Shown here piece after piece: positions 1 through 9,379 of a stretch of DNA of 64,000 nucleotides (within the stretch, counting starts at the first letter, position 1; each line of letters begins with the position of its first letter). The stretch is from NCBI GenBank assembly GCA_965261085.1, contig OZ253442.1, forward strand, positions 3,008,001 to 3,072,000, written 5' to 3'. Origin of the DNA: a bacterium. GTDB taxonomy: Bacteria; UBA8248. A model generated the notes under the pieces. That model did no database searches. It was not told the DNA's origin and worked only from the letters and a program-made list of their open reading frames with translations. Made by a program: the position numbers and the translations under genes.

Positions 1-960
1 CAGTTTCTTCAAGACCGCGAGTCCGGGCGGCTCCTCCATCTTCGTGGGCAGTCCGAAACGCTCCAGCAAGACGGTCAGCCTCTCGACGTCCCCGGGCGCG
101 CAGCGCCCCGTCGCGCAGGATATCCGGCTCGCCGCCGACATACCAATGGCGATGGCCTCTCCGTGGAGCAATTCGGACGAATAGCCCGCCAGCGCCTCCA
201 CCGCGTGTCCGAGCGTGTGCCCATAGTTGAGTATCTGCCTCAAGCCCCCTTCGCGCTCATCCTGCTCGACGACTTTCGCCTTGATCCGGCAATTCGAGGC
301 GACGATTCTCTCCATCACGCCCTCGCCGCGATTAAGAATCCGCGCCTCGTTTTTCTCCAAAAACGCGAAAAGGCGGCTGTCCGCAATGGCCGCGTGCTTC
401 ACCACCTCGGCAAGCCCCGCCTTGAATTCCCGCTCGGGCAACGTCTTGAGCGTGGAGGTGTCGCTCACCACCGCTACCGGCTGATGGAACGCGCCCACGA
501 GGTTTTTCCCGAGGTTGTGATCGATCGCCGTCTTGCCGCCCACCGCGCTGTCCACCTGGGCCAGGAGCGTCGTGGGCGCCTGAACATAGGGAATCCCCCT
601 CAGGAAGATGGCCGCCGCGAATCCGGTGATGTCGCCCACGACGCCGCCTCCCAGGGCGACGGCGCCACAGCCTCTGTCCAGTCTCATAGACGCCATCCTG
701 TCCAGTATTCGGGACAACTGCCGCATCGACTTGCTCGCCTCGCCCACCGGAATCCTGAGCAAAGACGCCTGAACGCCCGCCGCCGCGAGCAGGTCTAAAG
801 TTTTCTCGGCATACAGCGGCGCCACGTTGGCGTCCGTCACGACGAGCGCCCTTCCGCCCCTGAAATGGCGCAGGCAAACCTTGCCGATCTCCCCGAGCGC
901 GTCCGCCCCGATTCGAATCGTGTAGGAGCGTTCTCCCAGATGAACCCGTACGTTCTTCAT
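1..960 (-). CDS. aroB: 3-dehydroquinate synthase (runs off window start)
   Basis: Not in ORF track. Translated by hand from ATG at 960: MKNVRVHLGERSYTIRIG...ALGGGVVGDITGFAAAIFLRGIPYVQAPTTLLAQVDSAVGGKT...GKNLVGAFHQP, the canonical AroB motifs. ATGA overlap with the pilM stop. Confidence 0.95.
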   Translation of the reverse strand, partial: MKNVRVHLGERSYTIRIGADALGEIGKVCLRHFRGGRALVVTDANVAPLYAEKTLDLLAAAGVQASLLRIPVGEASKSMRQLSRILDRMASMRLDRGCGAVALGGGVVGDITGFAAAIFLRGIPYVQAPTTLLAQVDSAVGGKTAIDHNLGKNLVGAFHQPVAVVSDTSTLKTLPEREFKAGLAEVVKHAAIADSRLFAFLEKNEARILNRGEGVMERIVASNCRIKAKVVEQDEREGGLRQILNYGHTLGHAVEALAGYSSELLHGEAIAIGMSAASRISCATGRCAPGDVERLTVLLERFGLPTKMEEPPGLAVLKKL

Positions 961-2009
961 GCCGATTCCACCGCGCGATACGCCAGTCCCGCGCCGATGG
1001 CGGCGATGGGAGCGAGAGATTCCATGAGATCCGAATCGAACGCCTCGCCCGGCGCTTCCACATGGCGAAAGGGCTCTAAAATTTCCACCGGCGCGTCGAG
1101 CGCCGCCGCCAAGCGCTCCGGCAGCCCACCCAGCAACGCGCCGCCTCCGGAGAGAACCACCCGCTCGACCTTCGGGGCGGTCGTTATCCGCCACATCAGT
1201 TGAAACGTTCTATCGAGTTCGAAAGCCAGCTTTTGCGCCTCCAGGCGGAGGACGTCGTCCAGGGGGTCCGGGTTGGCGGCGGACGCCTCCCCCAGCTTGA
1301 CGGCCTCCGCTTCTTCGCGGGAGATCACCAGACGATTCGACAGCAATCTCGTCAGCCCCTCTCCGCCGAACGGGATGGCCCTCGTCATCAGGGTGTGCTC
1401 ATCGCACACCACGTTCACCAGGGTCTCGGAGGCGCCGATATCCACCAGGGCGGTGATTTCTCCTTCTTCGCGCATTCCCGAGAGTTCGAAAGCGCTTTCC
1501 ATCGCCAAGAAGTTCACGTCCACGATCACCGGCTCATAATCGACGCGCCTCAGGAAATTCACCAACGCATCGAGCGGCTCCCGCTTCGCGGCGATCATCA
1601 AAAACTCATCCATCCTCTCGGCCCCTCTTTCCAGTTGGCCGACCCGCAGATGGGACAAGCGCACCTCGTCCAGGGGAAAGGGCAGCACCTGCATCGCTTC
1701 GGCTTCGAGGGCGTCGAGGACGGGAAAATCCTCTTCGGCGGGCAGCAGCACCGTCCTCACCATGGCCGCCTTGCCCGAAAGCGCCACGACGACCTTTTTT
1801 TCTTCCTCGTTCCCTGCCGGGAGCAACTCCGCCAGCGCGCGCTCGACCTCCTCGGGGTCATGCACGAAGCCGCCCTGCACGGCGCCCGGAGCCAGGGAAA
1901 CCGCACCCAGGCGGGAGAGGACGACACGCCCCTCTTTCTTTTCGAGTTTCACCAGCTTGACGGCGGAACTCCCGATGTCAATGGCCAAAGGCGTGGAATC
2001 GTCGGACAC
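957..2009 (-). CDS. pilM: Type IV pilus assembly protein PilM (actin-like ATPase)
   Basis: LAIDIGSSAVKLV, ALVDIGASET, IPFGGEGLT, VVLSGGGALL and IGAGLAYR motifs. Confidence 0.88.
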   Translation of the reverse strand: MSDDSTPLAIDIGSSAVKLVKLEKKEGRVVLSRLGAVSLAPGAVQGGFVHDPEEVERALAELLPAGNEEEKKVVVALSGKAAMVRTVLLPAEEDFPVLDALEAEAMQVLPFPLDEVRLSHLRVGQLERGAERMDEFLMIAAKREPLDALVNFLRRVDYEPVIVDVNFLAMESAFELSGMREEGEITALVDIGASETLVNVVCDEHTLMTRAIPFGGEGLTRLLSNRLVISREEAEAVKLGEASAANPDPLDDVLRLEAQKLAFELDRTFQLMWRITTAPKVERVVLSGGGALLGGLPERLAAALDAPVEILEPFRHVEAPGEAFDSDLMESLAPIAAIGAGLAYRAVESA

Positions 2010-2035
2010 GATAGTTCTCTACCAGGAGAAAAACA

Positions 2036-3124
2036 TCAAAACAGTCGAATGGGCGTCAGGGTGAACGTACAAATCAGGAGCATCATACATGCAAATCCCA
2101 AAAACCGCCTCTTGCGCGTCAGAGGCTCCCATTCATCCATGAGCGGTGGATGCCGCCGGCCCAACGCGAGCACCATCACGCTCCAGAAGACCCAGCCGGG
2201 CCACCAGTATCCCATCACCAGCAAAACGAGGCCAATCGCGACGGATATCTTCGCGTGCCACCTGCCGAGAAGCGTATAGATGACGTGTCCCCCGTCGAGT
2301 TGTCCGGCGGGGATGAGATTCAGCGACGTCACCAGCAATCCGCACCAGCCCGCAAAGGCCACCGGGTGGAGAAAGATGGTCTGGCCCCGGGGAATCGGGC
2401 CATGTACGAGCCACGCGAGGCCGTCGAATAAAAGAGGGGTCCCCAGCCCGATTCCGAACGAACTTCCCCTGGGCGCGAGCCCGGACATCATCAACCCGAC
2501 GAGGAGGGCCGGAACCGCTGCGGCCAGACCGGCCAGCGGCCCCGCCACGGCCACGTCCATCAGGGCGTTTCGGTTCGAAATCCTCCCGCGTATGCGGATG
2601 ACCGCGCCGAACGTCCCCAGTAGAGATGGGGCCGGCAAGAAATAGGGCAACGATGCGTCCATCCCCCACCTTCGGCTCGAGACGTAATGGCCCATCTCGT
2701 GCGCGCCGAGGATAAGGAGCAGCGTCAGCGAATAGGGAAGCCCCGCCAGAAGAGCCGCCGGCCGCGAGAATACGGCCTCGGGCCCGACCCCTCGCTGGAG
2801 CGCGCCCGCGAACAAGGTGGAGAGCAGGGTCAGCACGAACATCAATGCGGGAATCCCCAAAACTCTCCAGGAGGGGAGCCTCGTCCCGGCCACACGCCCG
2901 AAACGAGCGGCGGGGGGTATTGTTACGTGCACCGGGAGTGGAAACGGCTCCCCTTCGGGCCCGAAACCATCCACGCGCTCATCCGGTGTTTGATCCTTGC
3001 GCGGGGCCTCATGGAGAGGGCGATCGCCCGGTCCGAAATTTCCTGTTTTCTCGTTCAATCGCCGCGTCTCCGGCAGGCGAGGAGAAGAAATCGCGCATCG
3101 CGGTGATTCTAACCCAACCCGCAC
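2036..3124 (-). CDS. Site-2 protease (M50) membrane metalloprotease; start uncertain
   Basis: HEMGH zinc motif, AGPLAG, NLIPAGQLDGGH, several TM segments. Confidence 0.9.
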   Translation of the reverse strand: MRVGLESPRCAISSPRLPETRRLNEKTGNFGPGDRPLHEAPRKDQTPDERVDGFGPEGEPFPLPVHVTIPPAARFGRVAGTRLPSWRVLGIPALMFVLTLLSTLFAGALQRGVGPEAVFSRPAALLAGLPYSLTLLLILGAHEMGHYVSSRRWGMDASLPYFLPAPSLLGTFGAVIRIRGRISNRNALMDVAVAGPLAGLAAAVPALLVGLMMSGLAPRGSSFGIGLGTPLLFDGLAWLVHGPIPRGQTIFLHPVAFAGWCGLLVTSLNLIPAGQLDGGHVIYTLLGRWHAKISVAIGLVLLVMGYWWPGWVFWSVMVLALGRRHPPLMDEWEPLTRKRRFLGFACMMLLICTFTLTPIRLF

Positions 3125-3196
3125 GGCTCACGCACCTTGACACCTCATCCCGCAATTCCTACCCTCGCGTGTGTAGCATTCGCCCGTGAGAAAAAT

Positions 3197-5236
3197 ATGC
3201 CCAAAACCATCTTGAAATTCATGTGGGCCGCCTCTGTGGCCGCGCTGCTCGTTTCAGGATGCAGCGTAGGACCCGCTCCGGATATATCCGCCAAAGGAGC
3301 CGTTCGCCTCCCCGTCCAGAAGAGAGCGCCCGCTCCCGGGAAGAGCACCCCAACGCCTCGGCCCGTCACCCAAAATGCGCTCGACTCAAGCTCTAGTGGC
3401 TGGTCGGCGCCCGCCCCGGCGCCGCCCGAATCGCCGCCGGCTGCATTGAGAGCGAAATTCGAGAAAAACCCGGCCGCCCCCGACGCCGACAAGACACTGC
3501 TCGACATCGCCAAACACCAGCTCGGGCGCGGGGAATTAACGGCGGCGGCGAGCAGCCTGAAACGACTCCAGGAGAAGTTTCCCTTATCGCCTCTTTATCC
3601 TGAGAGCGTGTTCTATCTCGGTCTGGCGCTTCAGGCCGCGGGGCGACACGAGGAGGCATGGCCTTCTCTCAGGAGCAGCCTGAGCAGGGAGACCAGCCCC
3701 GCAAGACGCGCCCTGCTCGAAGCCTCACTGGGAGAGGTGTACGAAACGCGCGAAGACCCCTTCTCCGCCCTGCTCTCCTATGCGCGCGCCATGAGGAGCG
3801 ACCCAAAAATTTTCGGGAGAGACGTTCTCATCCTGCGGGTCGAGGAACTGGCGAAAACAATCGTTGCGCATCGGCTTCGCACGGCGGCCGAGCGCTTCGC
3901 CGGATCGCCTGCGGGTCCATATCTGCAAGCGGCCCTGTCGAGTCGGGAGGAGCAGGAGCGACGCTCTCAGGCCGCGCGAGATGATGCGCCCGCTCAAAGC
4001 ACGGCAGGAGAGGCGAGCGCGCCTTCGCCTTTGAGTTCCGGGCGTGTGGGCATCATGCTCCCGCTCTCGGGCCCTGCCGGCGGCGCGGGCGGGCGCGTCT
4101 ACCAGGGGGTCCAACTGGCGCTTCGCCACAGCCTGGCGAAATATCCGGGCCTCAGGATCCAACTCGCCGTTCGCGATACGAAGAGCGCGGCGCAATCCGC
4201 GGGCGATGCGGCGGAAGTGGCCGCCGAACTGATTACCCAGGAAAAGGCGCTCGCCCTCATCGGCCCGCTCCTCACCGAAGCGGCGGAATCCGCCGCCGAA
4301 GCCGCGAACCGCCTGAAGACCCCCATGCTCACGCCGTTTGCGCTCAGGATGCGCATGAACCCCGATTTCACCTGGGTGTTCCGCAATGCGCTCACGAACC
4401 GCTTACAGGCCCAAGGCGTCGCCGCCTACGCCGTCCAGAACCTGGGGATGCGGCGCTTCGCCGTCCTCTATCCGGCGGAGCGCGACGGGATAGAACTGAC
4501 CGACGCATTCACGCAGGCGGTGGAGAATCTGGGGGGCGAAGTCGTCAAAATCATTTCTTTCCCGGAAAACGCCACCGACTTCAGGGCGCAGATGCGCGCG
4601 CTCGGCGGCATGGAAGATCGCCAATTGAACAGGCTGAAACGCTCGCTCGGGCTCGGCAAATCGGACCCCTACCAGCTCAGCCTGAACTTCGAAGCCCTCT
4701 TCGCGCCCGTCCACCACGAGGTGGCGGTCCTCATCGCGCCGCAGGTCTTCTTCTACAACATGAGCGAAGTCAGGCTCCTGGGCGGCAGCGGATGGAACAA
4801 CCCCCGCCTGCTCGAACACGGGGAGCGCTACGTGGAGGGCGCGGTTTTCGTCGATGGATTTTTCTCAGGTTCGGCGGAGCCCAAGGTGGCGCGTTTCGTG
4901 AATGAATTCAAAAGCATTTTCGGGAAAACGCCGGACATCTTCTCGGCCCTGGGCTATGACGCGGCGCAAATCATCTTCTCGGCCATTGCGCAGGGGGCCA
5001 GGACGCGTGAGGACGTGAGGCGATATCTCGCCGCCCTCAGGGGCTTCGAGGGCGTCACGGGGCTGACGGACATGGGCCCGGACAACGACGCGCAACGCCA
5101 GTTGTTCGTGCTGTCGGTTCAGAAGAAAAAAATCCGGCATCTTCAGATGGTCACGCCGCACAGGACGTTCGCGGGAGGCGCGGCCTGGAGCGATAACGCA
5201 TTGCTCCCCCCGGCCCTCAACCCGGCGACGCAATGA
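3197..5236 (+). CDS. Lipoprotein with TPR region plus periplasmic-binding-protein type I domain (LpoA-like PBP activator)
   Basis: Lipobox LVSGC after ATG 3197, TPR-like helices, GIMLPLSG, IGPLL, ALGYDAA, GFEGVTG. Confidence 0.75.
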   Translation: MPKTILKFMWAASVAALLVSGCSVGPAPDISAKGAVRLPVQKRAPAPGKSTPTPRPVTQNALDSSSSGWSAPAPAPPESPPAALRAKFEKNPAAPDADKTLLDIAKHQLGRGELTAAASSLKRLQEKFPLSPLYPESVFYLGLALQAAGRHEEAWPSLRSSLSRETSPARRALLEASLGEVYETREDPFSALLSYARAMRSDPKIFGRDVLILRVEELAKTIVAHRLRTAAERFAGSPAGPYLQAALSSREEQERRSQAARDDAPAQSTAGEASAPSPLSSGRVGIMLPLSGPAGGAGGRVYQGVQLALRHSLAKYPGLRIQLAVRDTKSAAQSAGDAAEVAAELITQEKALALIGPLLTEAAESAAEAANRLKTPMLTPFALRMRMNPDFTWVFRNALTNRLQAQGVAAYAVQNLGMRRFAVLYPAERDGIELTDAFTQAVENLGGEVVKIISFPENATDFRAQMRALGGMEDRQLNRLKRSLGLGKSDPYQLSLNFEALFAPVHHEVAVLIAPQVFFYNMSEVRLLGGSGWNNPRLLEHGERYVEGAVFVDGFFSGSAEPKVARFVNEFKSIFGKTPDIFSALGYDAAQIIFSAIAQGARTREDVRRYLAALRGFEGVTGLTDMGPDNDAQRQLFVLSVQKKKIRHLQMVTPHRTFAGGAAWSDNALLPPALNPATQ

Positions 5237-5396
5237 GGTAAAGCCAAAACCGGAACATCCGGGGGCAGTTGAAATACCTCCTCAAGGGGCCGTTGAAAAT
5301 GTCCTGTTCTCGTTATTCGGCGTGTGGGGCCACCCGAGGAGGGAGGAGAAATAACTCTCCTCTTGCAGAGCGCCAACCAACCAATCCCCCCTTGAG

Positions 5397-5710
5397 AGGA
5401 TTGTTGAAAAACCCTGCTTTCGTGATTCGGTGAATGGAACCAACCAGGGAGGGGGCCGTAGCGGACAGGCCCCTGTGCCTGTCCGAGGTCGCGACCTGAC
5501 CTTGCGAAGCGGTGCGGCTTTGTTCGTCATTCCGGCGAAAGCCGGAATCCATTTGTTTTGCCTTTGATTTTTATTTTCAGATTGATTCCCGTCAATGACG
5601 GGGAGATGAAAAGCCGGAGTAGTGTCATTCTGCTCGACAATGGATTCCGGCTTTCGCCGGAATGACGGCTGTGGCCAATTCCGAGCGAGGAGGGGGTTTT
5701 CAACAACCCC
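5397..5710. mobile_element. MITE-like element A with REP cargo
   Basis: Terminal IRs AGGATTGTTGAAAAACCC and GGGTTTTCAACAACCCC. Internal inverted REP pair GTCATTCCGGCGAAAGCCGGAATCCA at 5526-5551 and 5641-5666. No transposase. Confidence 0.7.
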
Positions 5711-5757
5711 ATCCGGGGCAGGATTCTTGAAGCGCCCGTTTCGGGCGGCCCTTCACC

Positions 5758-6540
5758 TCAAATCTGTATCGCGCCGCACGAGATGGTGTAAGCCTGTCCG
5801 GTGATTCCGCCCGCATCCTCGCTTGCGAGGTATAGGGCCATCGCGGCTATCTCCCCGGGCGCGAGAAAACGCCCCATGGGGATATCGTCCCTGAAACGAT
5901 TCATCGCCGCCTCTTCGCTCTCTCCATCCTCCCCATGGTCGGCGAGACCTTCCCGGAAGGCGGCGACCAGACCCGTGTCCACGAAGCCGGGACAAATCGC
6001 GTTCACGGTGACGCCCGCCGCCGCTGCTTCCAACGCCACCGATCGAACCAGACCCAGCACCCCGTGTTTCGCCGCGTGGTAGGCGCTGCGGTTCGGCCCG
6101 CCGATTTTGCCCGACACCGAACTTATCGCTATGAGGCGGCCCCAACCGCTCTCGGTCATGCCTGAGATCGCCGCGCGAAAAGAATAGAACACGCCGTTTA
6201 AGTTCACGCGCAGGACTTCATCCCAAAGGGCGTCCGTGGTCTCTCCCAGCGGCGCATGGATGAGCGAGCCCGCGTTGGCGACCAGAACGTCCACCCCTCC
6301 CAATTCGCCCGCAGCGCGCCGAACCGCCTCTTCCACGTTTTGGGAATCGCCCACGTCGCAGGGTATCGCCAAAGAGCGCCGCCCCTTTGCCCTAATCTCC
6401 TCCGCGACCGAATCGATCTCGGCCCGCGTTCTCGCCGCAACAACCACGTCCGCGCCCGCATCGGCGAATTTGAGCGCGATGGCGCGCCCGATGCCCCGCC
6501 CCCCGCCGGTGATGAACGCTCGTTTCCCCTCAAGCCGCAT
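5758..6540 (-). CDS. SDR family oxidoreductase
   Basis: TGGGRGIG, NAG, YHAAK, NAICPG. Confidence 0.92.
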   Translation of the reverse strand: MRLEGKRAFITGGGRGIGRAIALKFADAGADVVVAARTRAEIDSVAEEIRAKGRRSLAIPCDVGDSQNVEEAVRRAAGELGGVDVLVANAGSLIHAPLGETTDALWDEVLRVNLNGVFYSFRAAISGMTESGWGRLIAISSVSGKIGGPNRSAYHAAKHGVLGLVRSVALEAAAAGVTVNAICPGFVDTGLVAAFREGLADHGEDGESEEAAMNRFRDDIPMGRFLAPGEIAAMALYLASEDAGGITGQAYTISCGAIQI

Positions 6541-7627
6541 GGGCGCTCTCCCCGGCGCACATGGCGTGTGAGCGCGCGGCGAGGCGGTCGAAGAAGCTCG
6601 CCACCTCGCGGAGGACGGCGTCCATATCTTCCGTCCGGTTCACCTGCTCGCGCATCGCCGAGCCTCCCCGCAGCCCCTTCATGTAGGCGGGCAGATGCTT
6701 CCGGCAGTGGAACACGGCGAGCCGCTCGCCCAGCACCTCTCTCATGAGCCCGAAGTGGCGAAGCACCATGTTCTTCTTCTCGACGAGATCGGGCGGCGGG
6801 GGCAATTCTCCGGTTTTGAGCCAGTGAAGCAGGCGCGAGAAAATCCACGGATTGCCGATGGCGCCCCGCCCTATCATGAGGGCGTCCACGCCGGTGCGGC
6901 GAATCATGGCGATGGCGTCCTGGGGACTCAGGATGCTCCCGTTTCCAAAAACGGGCACCTTGACCGCGCGCTTCACCCGCGCGATGGCCTCCAGATCCAC
7001 TTCGCCGCTGAACATGGCCTCGCGGGTTCTGCCGTGCACGGTGATGGCCCGCGCGCCCGCATCCTCCACCGCTTTGGCGAAAACCTCCGCCGAGCTTTTC
7101 TCGATGGTGTCCCAGCCGGTGCGCATCTTCACCGTCACGGGTATGCGCACCGCGCGCACCATGGCGGAGACGATGGCATACGCCTGTTCGGGATATTTCA
7201 GGAGCGAGGAGCCCGCCTGGTTTTTCGTTATCTTCTTGACGGGGCAGCCACAGTTCAGGTCCACGATGTCGGCGCCCGCCTCCTCCACCATGGCCGCCGC
7301 CTCGCCCATCTGGACGGGGTCTGCGCCGAAAAGCTGGATGGAGACCGGCTTTTCCGCCGCGTCGTTGCGCATCAAATCGTATGTTTTCTGGTGGCGTCGA
7401 ACGAGGGCCTGGCTGCTCACCATCTCGGTGGCCACCATGCCCGCGCCATGCGCCTTCACCAGCGAGCGGAAGGGCAGGTTCGTATAGCCCGCCATGGGCG
7501 CCATGACGAGTCGGTTCTCGACCCTCACGCCTCCGATGTCCAAGGGGGCATCGAAACCCTCAGGCGGCGGCGGAACCGCCTCCAGAGGCGTCTCCAATAC
7601 GTTCGGGCCCGCTTCTTCCGGGCGCAT
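6530..7627 (-). CDS. dusB: tRNA-dihydrouridine synthase B
   Basis: MAPMAG, DLNCGCPV, VTVKMRTG, TVHGRT, IGRGAIGNPWIF. Confidence 0.92.
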   Translation of the reverse strand: MRPEEAGPNVLETPLEAVPPPPEGFDAPLDIGGVRVENRLVMAPMAGYTNLPFRSLVKAHGAGMVATEMVSSQALVRRHQKTYDLMRNDAAEKPVSIQLFGADPVQMGEAAAMVEEAGADIVDLNCGCPVKKITKNQAGSSLLKYPEQAYAIVSAMVRAVRIPVTVKMRTGWDTIEKSSAEVFAKAVEDAGARAITVHGRTREAMFSGEVDLEAIARVKRAVKVPVFGNGSILSPQDAIAMIRRTGVDALMIGRGAIGNPWIFSRLLHWLKTGELPPPPDLVEKKNMVLRHFGLMREVLGERLAVFHCRKHLPAYMKGLRGGSAMREQVNRTEDMDAVLREVASFFDRLAARSHAMCAGESAHAA

Positions 7628-7648
7628 CAGTTCATCCTCCCGAAAACG

Positions 7649-8773
7649 CTATCCATTCGACGCCTCTCCGAGTTCCCATGAGGGGTCCGCATCCATATCT
7701 GTGAAATCCATGAAACTCTCGGGCCCGCGTTCTCTCAGCTTGAAGCCGCCCGCGCAGGCGATCATCGCGGCGTTGTCCGTACAGTATTTGCGCGCGGGGA
7801 AATGGAGAGACCAGCCCTCTCGCTTCGTTCTTTCGCCCAACTGCGCGCGCAGATAGGAATTCGCGGCCACGCCCCCGCTCACGGAGACGGCGGGCAGCTT
7901 TTCCCTGCGAACCACCCTGCTCACCTTCTCCACCAGCACCTCCACCGCCGCTTCCTGAAATCCCGCTGCCACGGCGCACGCCACCTCCTCAGGCACTTCC
8001 TGGGGGCGCGCCCAGGGGGGGAGGTTCCTGTCGCTCAGGTAGAGCCCTCTTTTTTTCTGATAGTTTAACACGGCCGTTTTCAACCCACTAAAGCTGAAGG
8101 CATAAGGCCTGTCCTTCAGAAAAGGCCGGGGAAATTCAACCGCCTTCGCATCGCTCCCGTTCGCCTCGAGAAACTTCGCATGCAGGCGATCGACGATGGG
8201 GCCGCCCGGATAGCCCAGCCCCATGATGGCCGCCACCTTGTCATAGGCCTCGCCGAGGGCGTCATCCAGCGTGCCGCCCAAGTGCGTCACCTCGGAGTGT
8301 CCGCCCACGCGGTAGAAATCCGTATGCCCGCCCGAGACCACGAAACCCAGATGAGGAAACGGAGGCGGAGCGTCGCTCTCGTTTCCGGTAGGCAGAAAAA
8401 GAGAGTGAATGTGCCCGTCTAGATGATGCACGCCGATGAGCGGAATTTTCAGGCTCCACGCCAGACCCTTCGCGGCGGATAAACCCACGAGCAAGGCCAC
8501 CACGAGGCCCGGTCCGCGCGTGACCGCCACGGCGTCGACCTCTTTGGTGGAGATAGACGCATCTTCTAAAGCCGCCTTAAGGACAGGGGATATCATCTCC
8601 ACATGGCGGCGCGCCGCGAGTTCGGGGACCACGCCGCCGAAGCGCGCATGGATTTCATGCTGGGAGGCCACGACGTTGGAGAGGACTCGGGGGGCGGAAC
8701 CATCCCCGAATTCCAGCACGGAAGCCGCCGTCTCGTCGCAACTCGTCTCAACGCCCAGAATATACACTTTCAT
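7649..8773 (-). CDS. tsaD: tRNA N6-adenosine threonylcarbamoyltransferase
   Basis: ILGVETSCDET, GGVVPELAARRH, HHLDGH, VSGGHT, FSFSGLKT, CTDNAAMIA. Start 8773 or 8791. Confidence 0.96.
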   Translation of the reverse strand: MKVYILGVETSCDETAASVLEFGDGSAPRVLSNVVASQHEIHARFGGVVPELAARRHVEMISPVLKAALEDASISTKEVDAVAVTRGPGLVVALLVGLSAAKGLAWSLKIPLIGVHHLDGHIHSLFLPTGNESDAPPPFPHLGFVVSGGHTDFYRVGGHSEVTHLGGTLDDALGEAYDKVAAIMGLGYPGGPIVDRLHAKFLEANGSDAKAVEFPRPFLKDRPYAFSFSGLKTAVLNYQKKRGLYLSDRNLPPWARPQEVPEEVACAVAAGFQEAAVEVLVEKVSRVVRREKLPAVSVSGGVAANSYLRAQLGERTKREGWSLHFPARKYCTDNAAMIACAGGFKLRERGPESFMDFTDMDADPSWELGEASNG

Positions 8774-9030
8774 ACTCCCCGCTTTGCGCAAACCTCATCA
8801 AGTCCTGGTTCAAGGGGATACGGGAACTTTTCCGCAGAATCAACACCCACCAGGCGCGTAAGCCTGATTTTCCGGCTCATCATCGGTCAAAAAGCGGGTT
8901 TGGGGAAGATGGGGGGTGGAATTTGGGGGAGAATCGCCGGAATGACGGCGATCAAACGTGACTGGAGAGGGAGAGATCGCCGACGCTCTGAAAATTCACT
9001 CCCCCCTTGAGGGTCAATTTCGACTGAGCA

Positions 9031-9303
9031 GGGGCTGTTGAAAAAGCCTTTGTCAAGGGAGCAACCCCCCTGTCCCCCCTTGTCAGGGGGGCTTTTCTTC
9101 CACCCCCTCGTCGGGGGGCATCGCCTTTACCCCCTGACAAGGGGGGCCAGGGGGGGTTGGTTTCCAGCCGAGGGAGGGCGAGCGGGACGGGTAAAGTACT
9201 ATTCCCTCCGACTCCCCCCCATTCTTCCTTGCCATGAACGCTCCCTCCCCGGTCGCGTTCGACCCCCAACCCCCCTTGTCAGGGGGGCTTTTTCAACAAC
9301 CCC
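9031..9303. mobile_element. MITE-like element B with C/G-run REP cargo
   Basis: IRs GGGGCTGTTGAAAAAGCC and GGCTTTTTCAACAACCCC. Three internal CCCCCTTGTCAGGGGG-type hairpins. Confidence 0.7.
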
Positions 9304-9379
9304 GATGAGGAAGAGGGTTTGTGGAAGCCCAGGAACGAGGAACACATCGGCTCGCAACCCTCGCCCCGCGCCCGTTCCA

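Noticed and set aside
332-1063. 243-aa minus-strand ORF
   Set aside because: It is an alternative frame over aroB, which is the real gene.
5282-5804. Short ORFs such as MDSGFRRND... (also at 8952-9414, 10712-11802 and 37814-38689)
   Set aside because: They are translations of REP/MITE repeats.
8895-8935. MraZ-box-like TGGGG repeats
   Set aside because: Spacing is irregular and no dcw cluster is nearby.
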